From NCBI GenBank assembly GCA_902595125.1, contig CACJOY010000005.1:2433-66432 (forward strand): a stretch of 64,000 nucleotides of DNA, written 5' to 3'. Made by a program: the position numbers and the translations under genes. The notes below the pieces were generated by a model, which did not search any database, had not been told where the DNA came from, and saw only the letters and a program-made list of their open reading frames with translations. This document shows positions 10,019-19,484 of the stretch, piece after piece; position 1 is the first letter of the stretch; every line of letters begins with the position of its first letter. The stretch comes from an uncultured Pelagibacteraceae bacterium. GTDB taxonomy: Bacteria > Pseudomonadota > Alphaproteobacteria > Pelagibacterales > Pelagibacteraceae.

Positions 10019-12256
10019 ATGAGTACAGAAAATTTAAAAGATAAATCTTTTAATGTTAAAGAATTAAGTAAGTGTCCTTTCACAGGAGCAGGAACACCTG
10101 CAAAATTTTCTGCAGGAAGAGGTCAATCAGTGAGAGACTTTTGGCCAAATAGCTTAAATCTAAAAATTCTTAGTCAGCACTCAAATCTATCTAATCCCAT
10201 GGATAAAAAATTTAGTTATGCAAAAGAATTTAAAAAACTAAATTATGATGCTTTAAAAAAAGATTTAAAAAAACTAATGACAGACTCACAGGAATGGTGG
10301 CCAGCTGATTATGGTCATTATGGACCTCTTTTTATAAGATTAGCTTGGCACGCTGCAGGAACATATAGAACTGGTGATGGCAGAGGTGGAGCTGGAACAG
10401 GAAATCAAAGATTTGCACCACTTAATTCTTGGCCAGATAACGTCAACTTGGATAAGGCAAGATTGCTTCTTTGGCCAATTAAAAAAAAATATGGGAATAA
10501 GATATCTTGGGCAGATTTATTTATATTAGTTGGTAATGTTGCACTAGACTCAATGGGATTTAAAACATTTGGTTTTGGCGCTGGAAGAACAGATATTTGG
10601 GAACCAGAGGATGATATTTACTGGGGATCAGAAAAAGAAATGTTAGGTGTAGAAAGATACACTAAAAAAAGAGATTTAGAACAACCACTTGGTGCTTCAC
10701 ACATGGGTTTGATATACGTAAATCCACAAGGTCCTGATGCTAATCCAGATCCAAAGCTGGCGGCCCATGATATTAGAGAAACATTCGGTAGAATGGCCAT
10801 GAATGACTATGAAACAGCTGCATTAGTGGCTGGTGGTCATACATTTGGAAAATCACATGGAGCAGCGCCTGAGTCGCACAAAGGTCCTGATCCAGAAGCT
10901 TCTAGAATTCAAGATCAGTCTACTGGATGGAACAGCGGATATAAATCTGGAAAAGGTGTTGATACAATAAGCAGCGGTATAGAGGGAGCTTGGACACAAA
11001 ATCCTATTCAATGGGATATGGGCTATTTAGACTGTCTTTATGATCACGAATGGGAGCTTACAAAAAGTCCAGCAGGCGCTCATCAGTGGACACCAAAGAA
11101 AAATGGACAAAAGATAAAAATGGTTCCTGATGCACACAATAAAAATGTTTTTCATCCTCCTATGATGCAAACAACTGATATTTCAATGAAAGTTGATCCA
11201 AGTTACGGGCCTATTACAAAACATTTTCATAAAAATCCAAAAGAATTTCATGATGCATTTGCAAGGGCGTGGTTTAAGCTAACTCATAGAGATATGGGTC
11301 CTAAAGCTTGCTATTTGGGTAAAGATATTCCTAAAGAAGAGCTGATTTGGCAAGATCCAATTGATAAACCAAATTATAAATTAAAAACAAAAGATATCAA
11401 TGATTTAAGATCAAAAGTTTCTAAATCTAAATTATCAGTTTCTGAATTGGTGTCTACTGCATGGGCTTCAGCATCTACTTTTAGAGGCTCTGATAAAAGA
11501 GGTGGGGCTAATGGAGCAAGAATAATGTTAGAGCCACAAAAAAATTGGAAAGTTAATAACCCGAAGCAACTCTCTAAAGTTATCAAAGTTTTGGGGAAAA
11601 TTAAGGACAAATTTGACAGCAAAAAGAAAAACGTTTCGATGGCAGATTTAATTGTTTTAGCTGGTGGTGTTGGTATTGAAATAGCAGCAAAGAAAGCTGG
11701 ATATAAAATAAATGTACCATTCTCAGCAGGTAGGGGAGATGCTAGACAAGACCAAACTGATATCAACTCTTTTGGTTTGTTAGAACCACAAGCAGACGGT
11801 TTTAGAAATTATTTAAATGGTGAAAAATCCATCGTATCTGCAGAAGAAAAATTAATAGACAAAGCTCAATTAATGGGTTTAACGGCTCCTGAAATGATAG
11901 TGCTTATAGGTGGGATGCGTGTTTTGGACACAAACTATGACAATTCTAAAGATGGTATATTTACAAATGCACCTGGTGCGCTAACCAATGATTACTTTTT
12001 AAACTTATTAGATATGAATACAACTTGGAAAGAAACAGACAAATCAGAGCAAAAATTTGTTGGAATTGATCGAAAAACAAAAAAAACCAAATGGAAAGGT
12101 ACGAGAGTTGACCTGATACTTGGTTCTAATTCCCAACTTAGAGCTCTAGCTGAAGTTTATGCGTGTGACGATTCCAAAGATAAATTTATTAAAGATTTTA
12201 CAGCTGCATGGGTCAAAGTGATGAATGCAGACAGGTTTGACTTAAGATTAAATTAA
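10019..12256 (+). CDS. katG: Catalase-peroxidase
   Basis: [60 protein letters not shown]. Confidence 0.99.
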   Translation: MSTENLKDKSFNVKELSKCPFTGAGTPAKFSAGRGQSVRDFWPNSLNLKILSQHSNLSNPMDKKFSYAKEFKKLNYDALKKDLKKLMTDSQEWWPADYGHYGPLFIRLAWHAAGTYRTGDGRGGAGTGNQRFAPLNSWPDNVNLDKARLLLWPIKKKYGNKISWADLFILVGNVALDSMGFKTFGFGAGRTDIWEPEDDIYWGSEKEMLGVERYTKKRDLEQPLGASHMGLIYVNPQGPDANPDPKLAAHDIRETFGRMAMNDYETAALVAGGHTFGKSHGAAPESHKGPDPEASRIQDQSTGWNSGYKSGKGVDTISSGIEGAWTQNPIQWDMGYLDCLYDHEWELTKSPAGAHQWTPKKNGQKIKMVPDAHNKNVFHPPMMQTTDISMKVDPSYGPITKHFHKNPKEFHDAFARAWFKLTHRDMGPKACYLGKDIPKEELIWQDPIDKPNYKLKTKDINDLRSKVSKSKLSVSELVSTAWASASTFRGSDKRGGANGARIMLEPQKNWKVNNPKQLSKVIKVLGKIKDKFDSKKKNVSMADLIVLAGGVGIEIAAKKAGYKINVPFSAGRGDARQDQTDINSFGLLEPQADGFRNYLNGEKSIVSAEEKLIDKAQLMGLTAPEMIVLIGGMRVLDTNYDNSKDGIFTNAPGALTNDYFLNLLDMNTTWKETDKSEQKFVGIDRKTKKTKWKGTRVDLILGSNSQLRALAEVYACDDSKDKFIKDFTAAWVKVMNADRFDLRLN

Positions 12257-12278
12257 AAAAAATGAAATTGAAATAAAT

Positions 12279-12875
12279 ATGGCAACAATTAACTTTGATG
12301 ACTTTTATGAAGTACCAAATCTTAATTTTGATATTTCAAGATTACAATCTGATTTAAACAAGATATTAAAAAATAAAAAATTTAATTCTCCTGGTGTGAC
12401 ACATTTTGGAGCAATTTCACTAAATCAAATTCCAAATGATGAAAATTCTATCAAAGGTAACAATATAAGAGGAAAATACTGGACTATAGCTGACGAAACT
12501 GGCAAGGAAGTTGCAAGAGATATTGATATAGATGAGTCTAAGTATACCCAATTAGTTCCTGAATTTGAAAATACTTACTTTAAAGAGGTTTATGAAATCT
12601 TAATGAAAAAATTTAAACTAGGTAGAGTAAGGCTATTATTAAAAGAACCAAGATCAACTTTAAGTTGGCATAAAGATCCAGAATGTAGACTTCATGTACC
12701 AATAATAACTAACAAGGGATGTTCAATGGTAATCGAAAATGTTGCTAAACACTTACCTGCAGATGGTAAAGTTTGGATAACAAATAACACTAAATATCAT
12801 AATTTTTTTAATGGTGGTGAACAAGCAAGAATTCATTTAGTAGCATGCGTTTTAGAAAGTCCTTTTAAAAATTAA
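12279..12875 (+). CDS. Aspartyl/asparaginyl beta-hydroxylase-like Fe(II)/2-oxoglutarate oxygenase
   Basis: HxD...H facial triad in cupin context: LSWHKD...RLHVPI...NNTKYHNFFNGG...RIHLV. Confidence 0.7.
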   Translation: MATINFDDFYEVPNLNFDISRLQSDLNKILKNKKFNSPGVTHFGAISLNQIPNDENSIKGNNIRGKYWTIADETGKEVARDIDIDESKYTQLVPEFENTYFKEVYEILMKKFKLGRVRLLLKEPRSTLSWHKDPECRLHVPIITNKGCSMVIENVAKHLPADGKVWITNNTKYHNFFNGGEQARIHLVACVLESPFKN

Positions 12876-12886
12876 TTATATTAATT

Positions 12887-13330
12887 TTAATTAATTGATC
12901 CCCAAATATTGTTTGTTTTAATCCAACCACTAAATTTTCCAGTTTCTATTTTACACCAATTTTTTTCACATTTTTTAACAATTATTACTCTCCCTTTTTT
13001 GATTTTTGCAATTGGTCTTGAAAAATTTGATGGTTTTTTAAATAAAATTTTATCCTCTAAGGGGATTATAGAATTATTTGTCTTAAGTTGTGACCAATGT
13101 ATCCATCCACTATTATTTTTTAAATCTATTATCCTTCTCCAGTTTTCTTTTTTATCAATTTGTTTAATTGGCAGATTAATTTTCTTATAAACAAATTTTA
13201 TTGGAGACTCAAAACTCGGTCCATATCTTACATTTACCTTGCCTTTTTTTAATGAAAGAAAAGTTTCATCTGAGACGACATGAAATGGAAAAAAAACCCA
13301 AATTAAAATCAAAAAGATAAATGTTTTCAT
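12887..13330 (-). CDS. Exported SH3-domain protein (two bacterial SH3 repeats)
   Basis: Signal peptide, then VNVRYGPS...P...ENWRRI.D...GWIH and a second repeat ending WCKI...GWI; conserved alphaproteobacterial family. Confidence 0.85.
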   Translation of the reverse strand: MKTFIFLILIWVFFPFHVVSDETFLSLKKGKVNVRYGPSFESPIKFVYKKINLPIKQIDKKENWRRIIDLKNNSGWIHWSQLKTNNSIIPLEDKILFKKPSNFSRPIAKIKKGRVIIVKKCEKNWCKIETGKFSGWIKTNNIWGSIN

Positions 13331-13344
13331 AATTTAGTTTTACA

Positions 13345-14088
13345 TTATCTTTGATATTTTTTAAATTTTATCTTTCTAAAATTTAAATTTAAAAGATCTA
13401 TAATCAATATTTGATTTTTCAGGTTTTGGCCAATTTCCATTATCATTTTTAGAGCTTCGTTTGCTTGTGTTGTTCCTACTATTGAAGCAGTTGTGCCAAG
13501 AACTCCATCAAATTCACAATTTAAAATATCATCAGAAATTTTTTTCTCTTGATAAAAATTTTTTAACGATGCTGTTTTTTTATCTTTAAAATCAAATGTA
13601 AATACATGGCCATCAAATTTACTTATTGCTCCTGTAATTAATTTTTTTTTTAATTTTATACAACAATCATTAATCAAGAATTTAGTTTTAAAATTGTCTG
13701 AACCATCAATTACAATTTCGTAATTTTCAATTATATTTCTAATATTATTCTTATTAAGTCTTGATTTGTAAGTTTTAATTTTAGTAAGTGGATTTATTTC
13801 TTTGAGTTTTTTTGCCGCCACACTAACTTTTGATTTATTTATATCTTTAGAACTAAATAAACTTTGTCTGTGAATATTTGAAAGATCAACTATGTCATTG
13901 TCTATAAGACCAATGGTGCCAATGCCAGCTCTTACCAGGTTTTCTGCAGCAGGACACCCCAAGCCACCAACCCCAACAATTAAAATTTTAGAGGATAAAA
14001 TTTTTTTTTGACCCTTTGCACCTATATTTTTAAGAACTAATTGTCTTGAAAATCTTTCAATTTGAGATTTGCTTAGACTGCCTTTCAT
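13345..14088 (-). CDS. moeB: HesA/MoeB/ThiF-family adenylyltransferase
   Basis: RFSRQLVL..IG..GQ, VGVGGLG, DNDIVDLSNIHRQ, DGSDNFKTKFLIND. Confidence 0.85.
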   Translation of the reverse strand: MKGSLSKSQIERFSRQLVLKNIGAKGQKKILSSKILIVGVGGLGCPAAENLVRAGIGTIGLIDNDIVDLSNIHRQSLFSSKDINKSKVSVAAKKLKEINPLTKIKTYKSRLNKNNIRNIIENYEIVIDGSDNFKTKFLINDCCIKLKKKLITGAISKFDGHVFTFDFKDKKTASLKNFYQEKKISDDILNCEFDGVLGTTASIVGTTQANEALKMIMEIGQNLKNQILIIDLLNLNFRKIKFKKYQR

Positions 14089-14522
14089 TTTCCTGTAGAA
14101 CCAAAACCACTATCTCCCCTTGATGTTTCTGGTAAATTATCTGTTTCCTTTAATTCCATTTTAACAATTGGCGTTAAGACCATTTGAGCAATTCTATCAC
14201 CATTATTAATAGCGAAATCCACCTTGCCATGATTAAAAAGTATTACTTTAATTTCCCCTCTATAATCGCTATCAATTGTTCCAGGTGTATTTAAGACACT
14301 AATATTTTTTTTAACCGCGAGACCAGATCTAGGTCTTATTTGTATCTCATATTCTTTAGAAAAAGCAATGGTTATTCCAGTAGGGACCAAACAAGACGTT
14401 TTTGATTTAATATTTATTGGTTTTTTAATGAATGCCATTAAATCCATTCCTGAAGCACCAGAAGTTTTGTATTCAGGAAGTTTCACATTTGGATCTAATT
14501 TTTTAATCAGTACTTTAACCAT
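14085..14522 (-). CDS. dut: dUTP pyrophosphatase
   Basis: ASGMDL, QIRPRSGLA, GTIDSDYRGEI, RGDSGFGSTG. Confidence 0.98.
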   Translation of the reverse strand: MVKVLIKKLDPNVKLPEYKTSGASGMDLMAFIKKPINIKSKTSCLVPTGITIAFSKEYEIQIRPRSGLAVKKNISVLNTPGTIDSDYRGEIKVILFNHGKVDFAINNGDRIAQMVLTPIVKMELKETDNLPETSRGDSGFGSTGK

Positions 14523-15727
14523 TAGTTAATTTGATTAATTATTCTATCAACAATTTCCTCTGATATTTCTGATTTTTTTTTAAATGCAAGTTTTTCTTTA
14601 TTATTTTTTTTATTTTTGTAATAAACGATTACTTCATTATAGTCAGATTCAAAACCACTGTCTTTTTTCGAAACATCATTAGCTATTATCCAATCACAGT
14701 TTTTGTTTTCTAATTTTAATCGTGCATTTTTATCAATATCATTAGTTTCAGCTGCAAAACCTATAACTAATTTTGGTCTCATGGAATTGTGATTTGAAAC
14801 GTAATTTAATATGTCAATATTTTTTTCTAAGTTTAGAGTTAATTTGTCTTGTTTCTTAATTTTATTTGTGTCTTTTTTATTAACTCTAAAATCAGCAACA
14901 GCTGCAGAAAATATTGCTATATCTACAGGCAAGCTTTCTTGTGTTGCTTTAAACATCTCTTCAGCTGTTTCAACTTTAATTAAGTTTATTTCATCACCAA
15001 TATCTAAATTAGTTGGTCCGGTAATTAATGTTGTTTCAAAACCTCTTTTTGATAAAGATTTTGCAATTTCATAGCCTTGTTTACCGCTTGATTTATTTGA
15101 TATAAATCTAACTGGGTCAATGTACTCTTTTGTAGGACCAGCAGTTACTAGTGCTTTAATTTTTTTATGTTTTTTTTGATATAAAAAAAAATTATTTATT
15201 TCATTTAAAATAATTAATGGATCTGACATTTTTCCTTCTCCATACTCACCACAAGCCATATCACCAATAACTGGACCAATAGTTTTATAACCAAAACTTT
15301 TTAGCTTCTTTAAATTATCTTTTGTTGACTTATGTTCCCACATTCTAACATTCATTGCTGGAACTAAAAAAGTTTGTTTATTAGATGCTAATATCACAGT
15401 TGATGCTAAATCTTCAGATGAACCTTGGCTAAGTTTTGAAATAGTATTTGCAGTAGCTGGCACAACAATGATTAGGTCAGCCCATCTTGATAAACTAATG
15501 TGATCCATTTCATTTTCATTTTCAACACTAAAAAGATCTTCGTAAACTTTACCTTGTGACAAAGAGGCAATCGATAAAGGCGTTACAAATTCCTTGGCGC
15601 TTTTAGTTAAAATAGTTTTAATCTCAGCATTATTTTTTTTAAACAACCTAATTGTCTCTAAACTCTTATATGCAGAAATTCCGCCACAAATTATAAATAG
15701 AATTTTCTTATTTGATAAAACTGTCAT
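14522..15727 (-). CDS. coaBC: Bifunctional phosphopantothenoylcysteine decarboxylase/ligase
   Basis: GGISAYKS, HISLSRWAD, PAMNVRMW, MACGEYGEG, VTAGPTKEYIDPVRFISNKSSGKQG, GFAAET. Confidence 0.97.
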   Translation of the reverse strand: MTVLSNKKILFIICGGISAYKSLETIRLFKKNNAEIKTILTKSAKEFVTPLSIASLSQGKVYEDLFSVENENEMDHISLSRWADLIIVVPATANTISKLSQGSSEDLASTVILASNKQTFLVPAMNVRMWEHKSTKDNLKKLKSFGYKTIGPVIGDMACGEYGEGKMSDPLIILNEINNFFLYQKKHKKIKALVTAGPTKEYIDPVRFISNKSSGKQGYEIAKSLSKRGFETTLITGPTNLDIGDEINLIKVETAEEMFKATQESLPVDIAIFSAAVADFRVNKKDTNKIKKQDKLTLNLEKNIDILNYVSNHNSMRPKLVIGFAAETNDIDKNARLKLENKNCDWIIANDVSKKDSGFESDYNEVIVYYKNKKNNKEKLAFKKKSEISEEIVDRIINQIN

Positions 15728-15735
15728 GATCAGAA

Positions 15736-17304
15736 TTAAAATACCAATAGTCCTAAAATTACAAGGACTAATAAACTAATAATAGACTGATTTCTCAAAG
15801 CAGTCATTTCTGTTTTTTTTATATTTAATGCCGTATAAGAATTAGAATCTTGAGGGATTTGACCGCTAGCCAAATATGTTAGGGCTTGATTTGCTTTATC
15901 CATTATTTCTGGAAATTCAGGTAATCTTTTAATTGCTTCTGTGGTATTTTGAATTGTTTCATTAATAGTAGTCATTGGGTTTTTGGTTTCTTTTAACCAA
16001 TTTTCAAGAACTGGCTTTGAAGTTGTCCAAATATTTGTGTTTGGATTAAGTTTTCTTGCAACACCTTCCACAACAACCATAGTTTTTTGCAACATAAGAA
16101 GTTGGGGTTGTGTTTGCATATTAAATTTTTCTGTAACATCAAATAATTGTTTTAATAATTTACCACCAGAAATATCCTTCACAGCTTGCCCAAAAATTGG
16201 CTCTCCTATAGATCTAAGTGCTTGAGCCAGATCGTCAATAGGAACATTTTTAGGGACTAAGCCTGCCATTAAATGTACCTCAGCAACTTTTCTATAGTCT
16301 CTTTGTATAAAACCAAATAATATCTCTGCAAGAAACCTTTTACTCATTTTATCAAGCCTACCCATTATTCCAAAGTCAATGGGAACAATGTGGCCATTAT
16401 TATTAATAAATATATTTCCTTGGTGCATATCAGCGTGGAAAAAACCATCTCTAACAGCATGTCTTAAAAAACTTTGAATAATATTTTCTGCAATTTTCTC
16501 AGTATTTAAATTTCTTTTTTTAAGTTCTTCAGTTTCCCTGATTGAAACACCATCAACCCAATCCAATGTCATTACATTTTCACTTGTAAAATTCCAATAA
16601 ATTTGAGGAACTTGGAATCCAACATCATTTTTAGTATTTTCAGCGTATTCATTAGCAGCGGCTGCTTCGAATCTTAAATCCATTTCTAGATTTGTGATTT
16701 CTTTAAGTAAAAAAACTACCTCAACTAGTTTTAGTCTTTTTGTTTTTTTAACAATAGACTCAACTAGAAAAGCAAAAAGCATCATAGCGTCTATTTCTTC
16801 GTTGAATATTTTTTTTATATCTGGTCTTAAAATCTTTATAGCCACATCTTTAATTATTCCACCATCGTTAATTTGTGCTTTATGGACCTGTGCTATTGAT
16901 GCGGCTGCTACAGGCTCACTCAAGTTAATTATAGAGTTATAAGTATTTTCACCTAAATCATTTTTTATTATTTCTTTTGCATGAAGAAGTGAAAAAGGAG
17001 GTAATCTGTCCTGAAGATTTTCAAGTTTTTTTGAAAGTTCTTCACCAATAATATCTGGTCTTGTAGCTAAAAATTGACCAAGTTTAATAAATGTTGTGCC
17101 CATTGACTCTAACGAGTCAGACAATCTTTCTCCCTCATCTTTATCTGTATTAAATCTTTTTTTAGAAGAAAATGAAAATGATAGAATTTTAAATAATATT
17201 TTTATAATTAAAGGAGGCTTTTTGAATTTTGAAGTTATATTTAAAATATCTGACATAGCCACTTTTCTTGCAAGTTTGAATAAGATAATTATTTTTCTTA
17301 ACAT
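15736..17304 (-). CDS. ubiB: Ubiquinone biosynthesis kinase-like protein UbiB
   Basis: GTTFIKLGQFLATRPDI, AAASIAQVH, GFFHADMHQGN, DFGIMGRL. Start placed at 17304 (TAATG overlap with ubiE) rather than 17316. Confidence 0.95.
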   Translation of the reverse strand: MLRKIIILFKLARKVAMSDILNITSKFKKPPLIIKILFKILSFSFSSKKRFNTDKDEGERLSDSLESMGTTFIKLGQFLATRPDIIGEELSKKLENLQDRLPPFSLLHAKEIIKNDLGENTYNSIINLSEPVAAASIAQVHKAQINDGGIIKDVAIKILRPDIKKIFNEEIDAMMLFAFLVESIVKKTKRLKLVEVVFLLKEITNLEMDLRFEAAAANEYAENTKNDVGFQVPQIYWNFTSENVMTLDWVDGVSIRETEELKKRNLNTEKIAENIIQSFLRHAVRDGFFHADMHQGNIFINNNGHIVPIDFGIMGRLDKMSKRFLAEILFGFIQRDYRKVAEVHLMAGLVPKNVPIDDLAQALRSIGEPIFGQAVKDISGGKLLKQLFDVTEKFNMQTQPQLLMLQKTMVVVEGVARKLNPNTNIWTTSKPVLENWLKETKNPMTTINETIQNTTEAIKRLPEFPEIMDKANQALTYLASGQIPQDSNSYTALNIKKTEMTALRNQSIISLLVLVILGLLVF

Positions 17305-18008
17305 TAAATTTTCCATCCACTATGTATTGAAACTATCCCGCCAGATAAATTTCTATAACTACATTTTTTAAAACCACTATCCATCATTAATGAAATTAAT
17401 TCATCTTGATTAAGAAAATTATTTATACTTTTGATAAGATATTCGTAAGGCTCTTTTTCTCCTACAACTAATTTTCCTATTGAGGGTATAATTTTGGAAT
17501 AATTTTTATAGATAAAATTTAAACCAGAATTATCTACTTTAGAAAATTCAAGGCATAAAAAACGACCACCTGGTTTTAGCACTCTATAAGCCTCTGACAG
17601 TACTTTTTTTAAATTTTTTGTATTTCTTAATCCAAAGCTTATTGAATAAAAATCAAACGAGCCTTTTGAAATTGGAAGACTTTCAGCGCTAGAAATAATC
17701 CAATTTAGCTGTTTGAAATCTTTCAATTTTTCTTTACCTTTTTTAATCATTCCTTGGTTTGGATCTGCGCAAGTAACTTCTGAGGATTTGTTAACATATT
17801 TTAAAAAAAGTTTTGCTATATCGCCTGTACCACATGCCACATCTATTAATTTTTGATTTTTTGAAGCATTCATCATGTTTATTAAATTTTTCTTCCATAA
17901 ACGGTGAACCCCAAGAGACATAAAATCATTCATCAAATCATATTGGTCATAAACTTGATTAAAGACATTTTGTACTAGTCCTTTTTTATTTTGTAGATAT
18001 TGTTGCAT
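17304..18008 (-). CDS. ubiE: Ubiquinone/menaquinone C-methyltransferase
   Basis: YDLMNDFMSLGVHRLWK, DVACGTGD, SFGLRN, RVLKPGGRF.CLEFS. Confidence 0.96.
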   Translation of the reverse strand: MQQYLQNKKGLVQNVFNQVYDQYDLMNDFMSLGVHRLWKKNLINMMNASKNQKLIDVACGTGDIAKLFLKYVNKSSEVTCADPNQGMIKKGKEKLKDFKQLNWIISSAESLPISKGSFDFYSISFGLRNTKNLKKVLSEAYRVLKPGGRFLCLEFSKVDNSGLNFIYKNYSKIIPSIGKLVVGEKEPYEYLIKSINNFLNQDELISLMMDSGFKKCSYRNLSGGIVSIHSGWKI

Positions 18009-18040
18009 AAAATTAAATTATATATTGAATATAGTATCAA

Positions 18041-18904
18041 ATGCCAGAATTACCAGAAGTAGAAATAGTTAGACGGTCGTTAGAAAAAAAGATTAAACAA
18101 AAAAAAGTAATAAAAGTGTTAGTTAGAAATAGAAATTTAAGGTTTAAGATACCGTTAAATTTTTCAAATTTCTTAAAAAATCAAAAAATAATTAAAGTAG
18201 AAAGAATTTCAAAATATTTAATTTTATATTTATCAAAAAAAGGATATTGCGTTTTACATCTCGGAATGTCTGGAACAATCCATATTATTGAAAATAAAAA
18301 AAAAAAAATGTTAACTAATACGAGTTTTTATAGCTCACCTTTATTACCAAAAAAACACAATCACTTAGAAATTATATTTAAAAATTTAAAAGTTGTTTAT
18401 AATGATCCACGAAGATTTGGATTTTTTCAAATAATAAGAAATAAAGATTTATTAATTAAAAAATTTAGTCGTCTTGGTCCCGAACCATTCAATCCAAAGT
18501 TTAATGAAAATTATGTTATTAATTATTTAAAAAAAAAAGAAAAAAAAATTAAAAATTTTTTATTAGATCAAAATTTTGTATCTGGAATTGGTAATATTTA
18601 TGCAAGTGAAATCTTGTTTTTGAGCAAGATTAATCCTAATAAAAAAGCAGGTCTTGTGAATAAAATAGAATGTAAAGAAATCATTAAAAATTCAAAAAAA
18701 GTTCTTTCTGATGCAATAAATAAAGGAGGCTCAAGTATAAGAGATTTTAAAAATATTTCAGGTAAAGAAGGAAATTTTCAAAAAAATTTTAAAGTTTATC
18801 AAAGAGAAGGTTTAGCTTGTAAAAGATTGTTTTGTACTGGATTTATACAAAAAAAAATTATTTCTAATAGATCCACATTCTTTTGTAATAATTGCCAAAA
18901 ATAA
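18041..18904 (+). CDS. mutM: Formamidopyrimidine-DNA glycosylase
   Basis: MPELPEVE, HLGMSG, DPRRFG, GIGNIYASE and a C-terminal zinc finger. Confidence 0.98.
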   Translation: MPELPEVEIVRRSLEKKIKQKKVIKVLVRNRNLRFKIPLNFSNFLKNQKIIKVERISKYLILYLSKKGYCVLHLGMSGTIHIIENKKKKMLTNTSFYSSPLLPKKHNHLEIIFKNLKVVYNDPRRFGFFQIIRNKDLLIKKFSRLGPEPFNPKFNENYVINYLKKKEKKIKNFLLDQNFVSGIGNIYASEILFLSKINPNKKAGLVNKIECKEIIKNSKKVLSDAINKGGSSIRDFKNISGKEGNFQKNFKVYQREGLACKRLFCTGFIQKKIISNRSTFFCNNCQK

Positions 18905-18916
18905 TAAATTATTTGA

Positions 18917-18945
18917 TTGACCAATATAAATTCTGCAGTTATACC
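18917..18945 (+). promoter_or_regulatory. Putative sigma70 promoter of rpsT
   Basis: TTGACC-N17-TATACC ending 9 nt before the ATG at 18955. Confidence 0.55.
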
Positions 18946-18954
18946 CCTGCGCGT

Positions 18955-19215
18955 ATGGCAAATACTAAATCAGCAATTAAAAGAATTCGAAGAATATCAA
19001 AACAGACTGCTGTTAATAAAGCTAGAAAAAGTAGATATAAGAATGCACTAAAGAAAATGAACTTGCTGATTGAAAATAAAAAAAAATCAGATGCTCTAAA
19101 GTTCTTACCTAAGTTGAATTCTGAACTAACAAAGATTGCAAAGACAGGAATCATTAAAAGACAAAACGCTTCAAGAAATGTCTCAAGAATTACTAAAAAG
19201 ATTGCATTAATATAA
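18955..19215 (+). CDS. rpsT: 30S ribosomal protein S20
   Basis: MANTKSAIKRIR...NKARKSR...ASRNVSRI. True start is the internal ATG at 18955, not 18892. Confidence 0.96.
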   Translation: MANTKSAIKRIRRISKQTAVNKARKSRYKNALKKMNLLIENKKKSDALKFLPKLNSELTKIAKTGIIKRQNASRNVSRITKKIALI

Positions 19216-19440
19216 GTTAAATACTTCTGGTTGATTCAACTTAAAGCATACGCATCATATATGAATCATAAATCTTAATTTACAATATTTAGACTTAGTA
19301 AATTTTAGTTTATTTTATTTCAATCATAAATTTTATTTATTTTTTAATACATAAAAAAAATTTTTGTCAAAGAATTTTTGAAAAAAAAAAAAATACACAA
19401 TCATAGATTTTATTTTTTTTTGATTATCACAATTTATTTG

Positions 19441-19469
19441 TTGCAAAACTTTCATTAAGGTTCTATCTC
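19441..19469 (+). promoter_or_regulatory. Putative dnaA promoter
   Basis: TTGCAA-N17-TATCTC, 15 nt before the ATG. Confidence 0.45.
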
Positions 19470-19484
19470 AAGTTTCCCCTAAAA

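Noticed and set aside
18892-18954. 21-aa N-terminal extension of S20 suggested by the ORF track
   Set aside because: It overlaps the mutM end and the predicted rpsT promoter; the canonical MANTKSA start is at 18955.
19216-19484. Firm call of oriC upstream of dnaA
   Set aside because: No consensus TTATCCACA box (TTATCACAA at 19424 is a poor match); kept only as an unexplained regulatory region.
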